Positions 1-11,343 of a stretch of 34,925 nt of DNA are shown here, piece by piece. The notes under the pieces are model-generated. The model was not told the DNA's origin, made no database searches, and was given only the letters and a program-made list of their open reading frames with translations. The stretch's first letter is position 1, and each line of letters opens with the position of its first letter. The stretch is from Gammaproteobacteria bacterium (GTDB lineage: Bacteria > Pseudomonadota > Gammaproteobacteria > Pseudomonadales > M0112): the NCBI GenBank assembly GCA_006227085.1, contig SBFY01000020.1, positions 1 through 34,925 on the forward strand. Reading direction: 5' to 3'. The translations under genes and the position numbers were made by a program.

Positions 1-833
1 GCAGGAAAGGTGTACGCCTGCGCCTGCCCGTTCACACTGATCATCGGCAGGTCCTGTGCATCCAGCGGCCAACCGGCATGGCAGAAATCACCCTGTGCCT
101 CGCCAGCTGCAGCAGCCAAACGCCAGCCTTGTTGCAGGTAACGCCGGGCCAATACCGCAGCATCATCAATCGCATACCCGCGTGCCAAGGCCGCCGCCAG
201 AGCTGATGACAGGACGCAGCCACTGCCATGTATCCATCCCGGTAAGCGCGTATGCGCCATCCAGAATCCATCGTCCGGCGAGGACAAGTAGTCCTTCACC
301 ATCGCACCTGGTTCGTGCCCGCCCTTCAGCAGCACATGGGGCACCCCCATGTCGTGAATAGCCGCGACCATGTCGACAACACTGGATTGGCTACCACATA
401 GCCATTGCGCTTCAGGAACATTCGGCGTCAATACCGTGACACGGGGCAACAAGCGGGCAATCAATTCCTTGCGCACGGCACTGTCCTGCAGTGCCGTACC
501 ATCACTGGCCAACAAGACCGGATCGCATACCACCGGCACACGGGGATATTGCGGGAGCTTGTCGGCCAACCAACGTATCTGTTCAACACCCCGCAACATG
601 CCGATCTTGATGGCTGCTGGCGGATGCGCGGACAGCGCCTGCCATTGCGACTCCAGCATCGTCACTGACACCGCTTCCACCGCCTTGACCTGGCGCAGCG
701 ATTGCGCCGTCAATGCAGTGGTCATGGTGCACGCACGCGCACCCATCGCTTCAATAGTCTTGATATCGGCTTGCAAGCCAGCACCGGCAGAAGTATCACT
801 GCCAGCGATTGACCAGACTACCGGCTGCTTCAT
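1..833 (-). CDS. thiD: Hydroxymethylpyrimidine/phosphomethylpyrimidine kinase ThiD; the 3' end runs off the window (possibly a ThiD-ThiE fusion)
   Basis: Absent from the ORF track because it has no in-window stop. My translation of the minus strand from ATG 833..831 reads [45 protein letters not shown]...[12 protein letters not shown]...LTPNVPEA...LLKGGH...[17 protein letters not shown]. These are ThiD/ribokinase-fold motifs. The frame stays open to position 3 (277 codons, already longer than the 266-aa E. coli ThiD). The ATG overlaps the thiG stop (ATGA at 830..833). Confidence 0.85.
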   Translation of the reverse strand, partial: MKQPVVWSIAGSDTSAGAGLQADIKTIEAMGARACTMTTALTAQSLRQVKAVEAVSVTMLESQWQALSAHPPAAIKIGMLRGVEQIRWLADKLPQYPRVPVVCDPVLLASDGTALQDSAVRKELIARLLPRVTVLTPNVPEAQWLCGSQSSVVDMVAAIHDMGVPHVLLKGGHEPGAMVKDYLSSPDDGFWMAHTRLPGWIHGSGCVLSSALAAALARGYAIDDAAVLARRYLQQGWRLAAAAGEAQGDFCHAGWPLDAQDLPMISVNGQAQAYTFP

Positions 834-1633
834 GAACTGCTGTCCTGGTGCCAGAACGGCATGCCCAATGTCGGCGTACTTGGTTGTGCGGTTTGTCGTG
901 CTGCCATCACACCCGCACAGTAACCCTTGCGCCCGGCGGCAACCGCCTCACCAAAGGCTGCGGCCATCAACACCGGATCCGCTGCCTGTGCCACCGCGGT
1001 ATTCAGCAACACCCCATCAAATCCCAATTCCATCGCAGCGACGGCATGTGCCGGCGTGCCAATACCGGCATCCACGATCAATGGCACATCCGGCAAGCGC
1101 TCACGCAAGGTGCGCAGGGCATACGGATTCAGCAACCCTTGCCCGGTCCCGATCGGCGCACCCCACGGCATCAACACCTCACAGCCCACATCCAGCAAAC
1201 GCTGGCATAGCACCAGGTCATCAGTGCAATACGGGAACACCTTGAACCCCAGCTTGACCAAAGCATCAGCCGCTTCCAGCAAGCCGAACGGGTCAGGCTG
1301 CAGGTTGTAATCATCACCGATCACTTCCAGCTTGATCCAATCGGTGCCAAACAGTTCCTGTGCCATTTGCGCCAAAGTGATGGCTTCTTTCGCCGAATGG
1401 CAACCCGCCGTGTTTGGCAATAATCGCAAACCCAGGTCACGAATCGCCTGCCAGATGCTGTCGCCGCCTTTCAAGGCTGGCGACTGGCGTCGCAATGACA
1501 CCGTTACCACTTCGGCCCCGGAAGCACGGATCGCTTGCTGCATGATGTCGGGTGACGGATACAGCGCTGTACCAATCATCAAGCGGCTCTGCAATGCCAC
1601 ACCATAGGGAGACCAACGGTCATTCACTGCCAT
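830..1633 (-). CDS. thiG: Thiazole synthase ThiG
   Basis: ORF 830..1729, trimmed to ATG 1633 ([28 protein letters not shown]...). It carries typical ThiG blocks: [38 protein letters not shown]. The upstream extension overlaps thiS and looks non-coding. Confidence 0.93.
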   Translation of the reverse strand: MAVNDRWSPYGVALQSRLMIGTALYPSPDIMQQAIRASGAEVVTVSLRRQSPALKGGDSIWQAIRDLGLRLLPNTAGCHSAKEAITLAQMAQELFGTDWIKLEVIGDDYNLQPDPFGLLEAADALVKLGFKVFPYCTDDLVLCQRLLDVGCEVLMPWGAPIGTGQGLLNPYALRTLRERLPDVPLIVDAGIGTPAHAVAAMELGFDGVLLNTAVAQAADPVLMAAAFGEAVAAGRKGYCAGVMAARQTAQPSTPTLGMPFWHQDSSS

Positions 1634-1637
1634 CACG

Positions 1638-1862
1638 TCAGCCTCCTTGTACTGCTGACAACACGTCCACCGCATCGCCGGCATGCAGCATCCTGTCGGC
1701 ATAAGCGGAGCGCGGGACAAATTCGCCATTCACGGCAACAGCCACTTGCGCGGTTTCGAAACCCCACTGCAACAGCGCCATGGCAACCGGTATCGGCAGC
1801 GCACAATCACGCCGCTCACCATTGACCAACACCACACCATTCACGGCAGCATCCGCACTCAT
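1638..1862 (-). CDS. thiS: Sulfur-carrier protein ThiS
   Basis: This is the 74-aa C-terminal part of ORF 1638..1994, starting at ATG 1862 ([16 protein letters not shown]...) and ending ...[10 protein letters not shown], with the diagnostic C-terminal GG. The ATG overlaps the thiO stop (ATGA at 1859..1862), and the gene lies directly upstream of thiG. Confidence 0.85.
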   Translation of the reverse strand: MSADAAVNGVVLVNGERRDCALPIPVAMALLQWGFETAQVAVAVNGEFVPRSAYADRMLHAGDAVDVLSAVQGG

Positions 1863-2947
1863 GCCACACTCTCCGCAAGATGCTGGCGGACAGGCCACGG
1901 CCCTTCTTCCTTGTTCTGTAAAAGCCGCATGACTTGCGACACGAGGGAAGGCGCCAATAAATAACCATGCCGGTACAAACCATTGACCTGCCAATAGCCG
2001 GGATACGCATCGATGCGCGGCAGGTTATCCGGATACGCCGGCCGGCAACGCGCGAATGCATGCTCGATCGTGGCTTCTGCAAACCCACGATGCACAGCGT
2101 ACAAGGCCGATAGCAATTCCAGCGACGATCGCACCGTCACCGGGGTTTCCTGCTCACTTTCAATTTCGGTCGCACCAATCACATAACGATGATCCGGTCG
2201 CGGTGCGATATACAGCTGGTAACGCGGATGCACCAACCGCACTGGCCGGCGGAGCTGCACTTCCGGTGCATGCACCCATAACACCTCGCCGCGAACACCA
2301 CGTAAATCCGCAATGGCTTCATGCGCACCAAACCCACGCACATCCAGCACGTGATCGAACACATGGCGTTCGCCAGACACCTGCATGCATTGCGGCCCAG
2401 CCTGCTCGATATTGCCGACGTACCAGCGGCCACCACGTTTTTCCAGCGCTGTCGCCAATACCGCCAACAAATGCACATTATCGAGACAGGCTTCATCAGG
2501 AAGGTACAGGGCATCGGAAAACTGTCGCGCCAATTCCGGCTCCAATGCAGCCAGTGCAGCGCCATCAAGGACCTGGACAGCAGCAGCACGATCGCCCAGG
2601 CAGTGCTGCCAATCCCGCCGCAAGCGGGGCAGCTCGGCGCGATCCTGCCGATGCGCCACCAGCACACTGCCCGCATCACTGCAGAAAACCTGTTCACCCG
2701 TTTCCTGCTGCAGCTGTGCCAGCCACTGTTGCCACTGCGCGATCCCGTTCAAGCCCTGCTCAAACACCACCGTTTCGGCTTTCAGCACTTCACTCCACGG
2801 CGCCAGCATCGCTGCCGCTACACGGCAAGCACCGGCACTGTTTTCCGGCGTATCGCGATCGACCACCGTGACCTGGTGACCAGCTATCAATAATTGCCAC
2901 GCCAATAACCGGCCCAGCAATCCGCCGCCAGCAATCCCGATATGCAT
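1859..2947 (-). CDS. thiO: FAD-dependent glycine oxidase ThiO
   Basis: A 362-aa ORF with an N-terminal dinucleotide-binding motif (MHIGIAGGGLLGRLLAWQL..VTVVDRD). Its position between thiC and thiS-thiG, with no thiH present, is the aerobic thiazole route. Confidence 0.85.
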   Translation of the reverse strand: MHIGIAGGGLLGRLLAWQLLIAGHQVTVVDRDTPENSAGACRVAAAMLAPWSEVLKAETVVFEQGLNGIAQWQQWLAQLQQETGEQVFCSDAGSVLVAHRQDRAELPRLRRDWQHCLGDRAAAVQVLDGAALAALEPELARQFSDALYLPDEACLDNVHLLAVLATALEKRGGRWYVGNIEQAGPQCMQVSGERHVFDHVLDVRGFGAHEAIADLRGVRGEVLWVHAPEVQLRRPVRLVHPRYQLYIAPRPDHRYVIGATEIESEQETPVTVRSSLELLSALYAVHRGFAEATIEHAFARCRPAYPDNLPRIDAYPGYWQVNGLYRHGYLLAPSLVSQVMRLLQNKEEGPWPVRQHLAESVA

Positions 2948-2950
2948 GAC

Positions 2951-5016
<2,066 letters not shown>

Positions 5017-5027
5017 CAAGAAAAGCC

Positions 5028-5056
5028 AGTTTAGGCGCGGCCGTCAGGCAAGGCAA
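5028..5056 (-). promoter_or_regulatory. Candidate sigma70 promoter for the thiC operon
   Basis: On the minus strand: TTGCCT (5056..5051), a 17-nt spacer, then TAAACT (5033..5028). This sits just upstream of the riboswitch 5' end and just downstream of the pgpA stop. Pattern match only. Confidence 0.3.
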
Positions 5057-5065
5057 GGCAACGGT

Positions 5066-5566
5066 TCAAAACAGCCGGGAAACGCCCAAGTACCAGGCCG
5101 CCGCCTGCAACACACCCCAGGCGAAGATACCGGCCAGCACGTCATCAATCATGATGCCGAAGCCACCCTGGACCTGCCGGTCCAGCCAGCGGATCGGCCA
5201 CGGTTTGGCAATATCGAACAGCCGGAACAGGACAAACGCCGCCAGCCACCAGGGCCAGCCGTCCGGCAGTAGCCACATGGCCAGCCACAGGCCGACAAAT
5301 TCGTCCCAGACAATCCCGGGGTGGTCATGCACCCCCAGCAACCGGGCCGCACGGTCACACACCAGCACACCCAGCGCGAACATGAGCACGACCCACGCGG
5401 CATGCCCCCAGACGGGCAAATCCAACAACAGTACCCCGACAGGCAGTGCCGCGAGGCTACCTGCCGTACCGGGTGCTTTCCGGGACAGACCGCTGCCAAA
5501 GCCAGCAGCCAGGCAAGGCACCCAACCAGAGAAAACCCAACGGGAACAAAACACTGGATGATTCAT
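5066..5566 (-). CDS. pgpA: Phosphatidylglycerophosphatase A
   Basis: ORF 5066..5671, trimmed to ATG 5566 (MNHPVFCSRWVF...). It carries PgpA blocks AAGFGSGLSRKAPGTAGSLAALP, GVHDHPGIVWDEFVG, FDIAKPWPIRWLD and GGFGIMIDDVLAG, which match E. coli PgpA closely. The start choice is uncertain. Confidence 0.85.
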   Translation of the reverse strand: MNHPVFCSRWVFSGWVPCLAAGFGSGLSRKAPGTAGSLAALPVGVLLLDLPVWGHAAWVVLMFALGVLVCDRAARLLGVHDHPGIVWDEFVGLWLAMWLLPDGWPWWLAAFVLFRLFDIAKPWPIRWLDRQVQGGFGIMIDDVLAGIFAWGVLQAAAWYLGVSRLF

Positions 5567-5670
5567 TTGCTCATGGTAGGCATAAGCCCTCCAGCGAGGC
5601 AAGTTGCCTTTACAAGCAGCAGACTGCTCGCTATCGTGCCTGCTCAACCCCATAACAACAGGCCGAGCCA

Positions 5671-7260
5671 ATGCGCTTTACCCGACTGACCTTCACCGTA
5701 CTCGCCAGCATGCTCATGGCAACAGCCTGCTCCCAAAGTGAACACCCCGTCACCGAAGACATCCCCACCCCAGTGTTCGCAGACGAATCCATGCGACCCG
5801 CAACACCTGCAAACTTACCCAAACGCCCCAACTTGTTATTCATACTGACCGACGACCAATCCTGGGAGTTTACTGGCAAAGCTGGCTATCCCTTGGTCAA
5901 AACACCGAATTTTGACCGTTTGGCTAATGGAGGGGTCTATTTCAAGCAGGCGTATGTCGCTGCACCAACATGTACCGGGTCACGGGCATCGATTCTCTCA
6001 GGGCGCCATGTATGGAATACCGGGTCGGCCGCCATGATCATGGGTGACTGGCCCAAGGGACTCATCACCTACCAGGACCAGCTCGCCAAAGCCGGATATC
6101 ACGTTGGCTACACAGGGAAGGGCTGGGGGCCTGGCTTCTTCCAAGCTGCACGAACCTCAGACCCTGCAGGCACCGCCTATGTTGATAAACTCAAATTCAC
6201 ACCCGACTCTCCAGAAGGACAGGTACGCAGCATCTGGGACTTCATTGCCAACTTCCAGTCTTTCCTTGATGACAAGCCCTCGGATGCCCCCTTTTCTTTC
6301 TGGATTGGTACCTTTGAACCACATCGCCCATACGTTGCTCCCGATGTATCCCGCTTCGAGGGCCATGATCCCGCAACATTTATCCCCGGCTGGCTGCCGG
6401 ACACGCCTGAAATTCGCAAAGCCCTTTCAAGCTACCTGATTGAAACAGAATGGTTCGACGACGACCTGGGAGCCATCATTGCTTTTCTCGAGGAAAAAGG
6501 CCTGCTCGACAACACGTTAATCATCATTGCCGGTGACAACGGTGCAGATTTGCCCGGCGCCAAACCACAAAACTACGAGCCCGGCGTACGCGTACCCATG
6601 CTGGCTTACTGGAAAAATGGCATTGCCAATCCTGGACGCGATGTCGCTGACATTGCCAGCCTGATCGATATCGCCCCAACATTCCTGGAAGCCGCTGGTG
6701 CACCGATCCCGCCAGATATGGCCGGCCATAGCCTATTGAATATTCTCGGCAGCCCATCTGGCGGCCTTGTCGATCCAACCCGAACCAGCGCCTTCACTGG
6801 TTACGAGCGCCACTCAGACTGGCGGCTCGAACGACAAACGTATCCGCGACGCGCTATTCACACACCACGTTATGCTTATATCCGAAACTACGATCCAGAT
6901 GGCTGGCCTGCCGGCGACCCACCAGTGTTCGCAGAATCATCCTATGGCTGGCTATGGGATCCATCACAGAACAAGTTGGCAGAACCTTTCTACACGAAGC
7001 TAACAGCCAAGCGCCCACGTGATGAACTGTATGATCTCGAAAGAGACCCATTCCAACTACAGAACATTGCAGCTGATTCACGCTACAAAAGCGTACTATC
7101 AGCATTATCGAAGCGACTCAATGAGGAGTTATCAAGAACAGGCGACCCAGTGCACGCAGGAAATATTCGCTATTTCGAACAATTCGTGCGTGATGACATG
7201 AAAACCGTCATGCCATCCTATCTGGAGTCACAATCAAAAAATAGAGCAAGTGGTAATTAA
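5671..7260 (+). CDS. Secreted or lipoprotein S1-family sulfatase, N-sulfoglucosamine sulfohydrolase (SGSH)-like
   Basis: A 529-aa ORF. It has a signal peptide, MRFTRLTFTVLASMLMATA/C (AXA site or lipobox-like). Sulfatase blocks are NLLFILTDDQS, PTCTGSRASILSGRH and IIIAGDNG. The C-terminal block DELYDLERDPFQLQNIA parallels human SGSH (WELYDRSRDPHETQNLA, from memory). The active-site motif is C-T-G-S-R, not C-x-P-x-R. Confidence 0.88.
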   Translation: MRFTRLTFTVLASMLMATACSQSEHPVTEDIPTPVFADESMRPATPANLPKRPNLLFILTDDQSWEFTGKAGYPLVKTPNFDRLANGGVYFKQAYVAAPTCTGSRASILSGRHVWNTGSAAMIMGDWPKGLITYQDQLAKAGYHVGYTGKGWGPGFFQAARTSDPAGTAYVDKLKFTPDSPEGQVRSIWDFIANFQSFLDDKPSDAPFSFWIGTFEPHRPYVAPDVSRFEGHDPATFIPGWLPDTPEIRKALSSYLIETEWFDDDLGAIIAFLEEKGLLDNTLIIIAGDNGADLPGAKPQNYEPGVRVPMLAYWKNGIANPGRDVADIASLIDIAPTFLEAAGAPIPPDMAGHSLLNILGSPSGGLVDPTRTSAFTGYERHSDWRLERQTYPRRAIHTPRYAYIRNYDPDGWPAGDPPVFAESSYGWLWDPSQNKLAEPFYTKLTAKRPRDELYDLERDPFQLQNIAADSRYKSVLSALSKRLNEELSRTGDPVHAGNIRYFEQFVRDDMKTVMPSYLESQSKNRASGN

Positions 7261-7275
7261 ATAGCGCAACCTATT

Positions 7276-8922
7276 TCATCGCCCAGGCTTTCTCAACTGC
7301 TGGCACACGGGATCAGACTCGGCTGCTCCCGCACAAACCCTGGAGACCTGCTGTTGCGTATACTGACCTAGCTTAATAACAATAACCCCATCCAGCAAAG
7401 CCACGGAACCAGATCTCGGCCAAGCAGGCATTTGCATCACACGTGCGGGCAGCAGCCTTCTTTCTTCATCAGTTACAGGGCGAAAATCACGAACCCCCAT
7501 GGTTCGCAAAAATGCAGCCGTCCGGCGCACATCGCCATTCGCCCAGCCATAAAATGATGAGCCAATCGTATTCCGGCGAACAAATATTGCTGTCTCTGGG
7601 TAGTCAAAATTACCAACAAGCTCCAAGGGCCACTGCTGGTGAGGTGTTTTCTCAGGCAAATCAAGATCATAAATGCGCTCGAGAATTAGCGTTGTTAATT
7701 CGCGATCCGCTTGCCAAGCCATATGATTAGAAAACGCAAACCTGTTATTGGTTACAGCAAACGACCAAAACGTCATCACCGCAAGGATGGCTAACAATAG
7801 CTGCATCAACCGAAATGAGCTACCAGCCCCAAAACAGACAAGCGCGGCCAATACTACAGGGAATGCCAACAACGCCCGACCAGGCATAAAGCCGCTATTC
7901 ATAATGTTCATCAAAAAAGGAATGGCAAGCATCACGAGGAAACATAACATACCTAATATTTTTACTTGCCAAGCAACCTCAGAAAATAAAATTCGTATAG
8001 CAACGACCGGCACTGAAACCAAAACCAGCCAACGCAATGCAAAAAGATCGTATGCATAATTCTTGATGCCGCCAAAATAATATTGCCCTGCTTCTTCTAG
8101 CGTGCGGACAATTACAGGCCTCAAGTAATCACTTGACCAAGAAAAATCCATAAACCCTTCCAGGTAATCACTGGGAACAACACCACCCCAGCGAAAAAAT
8201 GCCTGCTGGATACCGTAATAAAAACCCCAGGACATCAATAACACAACCGCAAAAAGAAACACTTCCTTAATCAGCGCCGACATCCCGAACGAAAATGATT
8301 GTGCCGACAGTATCCTGGACAAGAGGTATGCCGCAAAAAAAGCCGCCATAACAAGCAAAAAGGGCTGGTATATGGCGGTCGCAAACCCCAGCAAAGGGAA
8401 GCATAAAAGTCGCCTCCATCCAGAAAGGCAGACAAATACATAAAACCCAACCGCTAGCACTAAAAACCCGACACCCACCCCATAACCTAATGTGGTAAAA
8501 GCAAAGCAGTAGAACAGCGAGGGACAAGCCAATCCGACGGCTGCAGCCAACCAAGACGGGAAGCCGGTGTTCGAGACATCGAGCAGACGCACTATCAAGC
8601 CAATACCAAAAGCAGTTGCAAAAACGGCCAATGCCGGTGAGATAAATGCCGTTACTGGATCAGGCAAGAGCATCCAGTTGAGGACATACATACCCCATCG
8701 CGATTGCGAGGCCCATGCAAGTTTCGCCCCAGGAGATTGGGCATGATTTTCATCGTCTATCGTCAAGCTGAATGTGAATAAATCCGCGCCATAAGCGATT
8801 ATCGACAAGATCGCTAGATACGCCAGCCAGCCCCGATTACGCATAAGCACTTCAGAAAAGCGGGTTAACCCAATCCATTCAGCGATCGAGGAGTCAAGTC
8901 GATGGATTTTCCGGATTATCAT
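7276..8922 (-). CDS. Polytopic inner-membrane protein, GtrII/GT-C-like glycan transferase candidate with a C-terminal periplasmic domain
   Basis: ORF 7276..8955 opens with TTG. I prefer ATG 8922 (MIIRKIHRLDSS...), which is preceded by GGAG 8 nt upstream. There are about 10-11 hydrophobic segments. The first loop carries TIDDENHAQ...SQSRWG, an acidic DD/E motif followed by RW as in the GtrII-type (Glucos_trans_II) family. The last ~140 aa are soluble. It is the final gene of a Gtr-like operon. The function call rests on topology, one motif and context. Confidence 0.6.
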   Translation of the reverse strand: MIIRKIHRLDSSIAEWIGLTRFSEVLMRNRGWLAYLAILSIIAYGADLFTFSLTIDDENHAQSPGAKLAWASQSRWGMYVLNWMLLPDPVTAFISPALAVFATAFGIGLIVRLLDVSNTGFPSWLAAAVGLACPSLFYCFAFTTLGYGVGVGFLVLAVGFYVFVCLSGWRRLLCFPLLGFATAIYQPFLLVMAAFFAAYLLSRILSAQSFSFGMSALIKEVFLFAVVLLMSWGFYYGIQQAFFRWGGVVPSDYLEGFMDFSWSSDYLRPVIVRTLEEAGQYYFGGIKNYAYDLFALRWLVLVSVPVVAIRILFSEVAWQVKILGMLCFLVMLAIPFLMNIMNSGFMPGRALLAFPVVLAALVCFGAGSSFRLMQLLLAILAVMTFWSFAVTNNRFAFSNHMAWQADRELTTLILERIYDLDLPEKTPHQQWPLELVGNFDYPETAIFVRRNTIGSSFYGWANGDVRRTAAFLRTMGVRDFRPVTDEERRLLPARVMQMPAWPRSGSVALLDGVIVIKLGQYTQQQVSRVCAGAAESDPVCQQLRKPGR

Positions 8923-8938
8923 GATGGAAACTCCAGCA

Positions 8939-9991
8939 TCAGGCCTTGAAGACAAAATACCCCATAGGGGTAACCAAACTGGATGGAGTCAAGTCACTCA
9001 CGCTATGACCAAATGCATTGAACAGGTAAGTATATTTCTGGACTTTTTCAGGCTTAATGCCCGCCATAAGCAAGTGTTGCTGGACATGCCATTTATAGCC
9101 CCAGTGAGGTTTGCCGTTATTGTAAAACTCAAAGCCGGAATACCCCAACTCTTTGGCAAGCTCTTCCATTTTCACAATATCAAAAATGTATTTGTCTTCC
9201 ATTTTTGCGAGCTTGGATTTATCTTCCCCAAGCCAACGTGACTTGGTGATATGCCTTATCATGGCTTGTATGTTCTTGATATCCTGCTCATCCATAATGC
9301 CGATACCAGTATTTTTTTCGGTGCGTATTATCAACTCGCCAAAAAATGCGATCAGTATTTTCCCTTGTATAACTGGCTCGTAAAACATAGCGCGACCACC
9401 TGGACGCAGCAGCCTTCGAATATTTGCCAACGTTGTTTCATAGTTCAAGAAATGATGTAGCACACTATGCCCAACAACAAGATCGAAACTACATGACGTG
9501 AATGGGAGATTGTTAGCATCGCACTGATAATAGTAGCGCGGAGCGCCCTGCTCTTTGGCTAATTCTTTTTCCAATCCGTCAAGGAAAGGATATGAGATAT
9601 CACAAGCATGAACAGACTTGAACGGCATGTCGACAACAAGACCCCATGTAAACTGTCCTGTCCCCGCACCAATCTCAAGCACATCGCCGTATGCAATATC
9701 ATGTTCTTCAAAAACAGCTTCCCAATCTTCCGAAACCTTCTCTCGCCGCAATTCATCGATGTTGTGATGTGCATCATAGTCCATCAAATCCAGGCGCGTA
9801 GAAACTCCTGCATCCCTCAAGAGAACAGGTATGCCATCCCTAACCGGGAACTCACGTCCACATGCATCGCACAGCAAGGAAAGACCTGCCTCATCCAGGC
9901 GCCCTCGATGACATGCGGGACATTGGAGCAAATCCAACGAATAGCAGTGGCGAACTGCATCAGGCCCTGATTTTCTATTTTTCTTTACCAT
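8939..9991 (-). CDS. Class I SAM-dependent methyltransferase with an N-terminal Trm112/YcaR-like zinc ribbon
   Basis: A 350-aa ORF. The zinc ribbon is LLQCPACHRGRL...LLCDACGREFPVRDGIPVLL. SAM motif I is VLEIGAGTGQF, followed by CDISYPFLD, FDLVVGHSVLHH and LRPGGRAMFYEP. A ~150-aa C-terminal region is unassigned. Confidence 0.8.
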   Translation of the reverse strand: MVKKNRKSGPDAVRHCYSLDLLQCPACHRGRLDEAGLSLLCDACGREFPVRDGIPVLLRDAGVSTRLDLMDYDAHHNIDELRREKVSEDWEAVFEEHDIAYGDVLEIGAGTGQFTWGLVVDMPFKSVHACDISYPFLDGLEKELAKEQGAPRYYYQCDANNLPFTSCSFDLVVGHSVLHHFLNYETTLANIRRLLRPGGRAMFYEPVIQGKILIAFFGELIIRTEKNTGIGIMDEQDIKNIQAMIRHITKSRWLGEDKSKLAKMEDKYIFDIVKMEELAKELGYSGFEFYNNGKPHWGYKWHVQQHLLMAGIKPEKVQKYTYLFNAFGHSVSDLTPSSLVTPMGYFVFKA

Positions 9992-10022
9992 TAATCATGT
10001 ACACCCTTTCTAATATCACTTG

Positions 10023-10412
10023 TTATTTCCCTGCCCCGTAGCGCACAACAAAGCGTGATAGCAGGAAGGTCACTGGAAGCGTAGCGACAACAACAACCAG
10101 TGGCGCCACATTTTCATTCATGGATATTTTTTCAACCAGCAAAACAAGTAGCACAACGCCTATAGCCCACTGAACCAGATAAACCAGGGGGAAAGCCAGG
10201 TGCCACCACGACCACTTTTCGCGAAAAACCCATTTTGCCTGCAAAATATACGAGACGCCTATCCCGATAATATAAGCCAGCGAATACGCCCAATCATATG
10301 GAATCCACAGGTTTAATAGCCAATATACGACCAATGAAAACCCTGTGTTAACACCGCCGCTGATCAGGAACTTTATTTTTTCGCCGTGGCGCCCATGGAT
10401 CCACTCACGCAC
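10023..10412 (-). CDS. GtrA-family small membrane protein (polyprenyl-P-sugar flippase-like; WxcN-like)
   Basis: 129 aa with four hydrophobic helices and an N-terminal [22 protein letters not shown] typical of the GtrA family. The start is GTG at 10412 and overlaps the upstream gene's stop by 8 nt. Confidence 0.75.
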   Translation of the reverse strand: MREWIHGRHGEKIKFLISGGVNTGFSLVVYWLLNLWIPYDWAYSLAYIIGIGVSYILQAKWVFREKWSWWHLAFPLVYLVQWAIGVVLLVLLVEKISMNENVAPLVVVVATLPVTFLLSRFVVRYGAGK

Positions 10413-11343
10413 CGGTATTACCTATTAATGACAAAAACTCATCATAATTCCGTATATAGTCTTGTGCCTCATAGTAGTGCGAAGCAAACACCAGCAAGAC
10501 TGCATCCGGGGAATATTTATACTGGATTCCCCATGTCATTGGAGGCAAATAGATACCCCTGTCAGGTGAATCAAGCAAAAACTCTTGCCGACTTCTCCCG
10601 TCATCCGCCACCACTGAACACTTCCCTTTTACGCATATCAGGAATTGATGGCATTGGTGATGCGCATGCTCCCCACGGGTTTCAGCACTTGGCACATCAA
10701 ACACGAGGAAATATCGCTTTACCGGGAAAGGGATTTGTTTCTCAAACTCACCGACGCTCAGACAACCCCTCAAGTCCTCAACTTTTGGTAGACGATGCAG
10801 TGTCACCCCCTGCACCTTGGTTGATAACGCCCCAACCGGCATATCGTCATGATGCTTTTCAGCATCTTTACGATCTTTGGCATTAACATACCCGACAATA
10901 TGCGCAGGATTGCCCACAACAATGGCATTAGGCGGCACCGAACGGGTTACTACGGCACCCGCTCCCACCATGGCATTTTGCCCGATTGTCAGCCCTGGCA
11001 GTATCGTGGCATTCGCTCCGATAGAGGCGCCATGACCAATCACCGTGCGCGCAAACGATTCAGGGTAAACCTTGCTACGCGGAAACATATCATTGGTGAA
11101 CGTAGCATTAGGGCCAATAAAAACATCGTCCTCAATGGTGACGCCATCCCATACTTGCACGCCACACTTGATCGTAACCCGATCACCAATAATTACGTCG
11201 TTTTCAATAAAAACATGGTCGCAAATATTGCAATCTTCGCCTAGCACCGCACCCGATAAGACATGCGCGAATGCCCACACCCGGGTACCGGAACCAACAC
11301 GCTTGCTGTCACAAATACCTTTTTCGTGAATAAAAAAACTCAT
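10405..11343 (-). CDS. Bifunctional dTDP-3-amino-3,6-dideoxyhexose N-acetyltransferase / dTDP-4-keto-6-deoxyglucose 3,4-ketoisomerase (FdtD/WxcM-like)
   Basis: 312 aa. The N-terminal half is a left-handed beta-helix with hexapeptide repeats ([66 protein letters not shown]). The C-terminal half is an FdtA/QdtA-type cupin ([16 protein letters not shown]...[19 protein letters not shown]...YIRNYDEF). Its ATG overlaps the GT2 stop (ATGA). Confidence 0.85.
   Translation of the reverse strand: MSFFIHEKGICDSKRVGSGTRVWAFAHVLSGAVLGEDCNICDHVFIENDVIIGDRVTIKCGVQVWDGVTIEDDVFIGPNATFTNDMFPRSKVYPESFARTVIGHGASIGANATILPGLTIGQNAMVGAGAVVTRSVPPNAIVVGNPAHIVGYVNAKDRKDAEKHHDDMPVGALSTKVQGVTLHRLPKVEDLRGCLSVGEFEKQIPFPVKRYFLVFDVPSAETRGEHAHHQCHQFLICVKGKCSVVADDGRSRQEFLLDSPDRGIYLPPMTWGIQYKYSPDAVLLVFASHYYEAQDYIRNYDEFLSLIGNTGA

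Noticed and set aside
5567-5670. Direct repeats, att-like sites, tRNA, integrase or IS ends at the borders of the accessory block (5567..5670 versus 13397..13516).
   Set aside because: Comparing the two junctions by eye gave only trivial shared 6-7-mers such as tgcctgc. No mobility gene or tRNA is present, so I do not call a mobile element.
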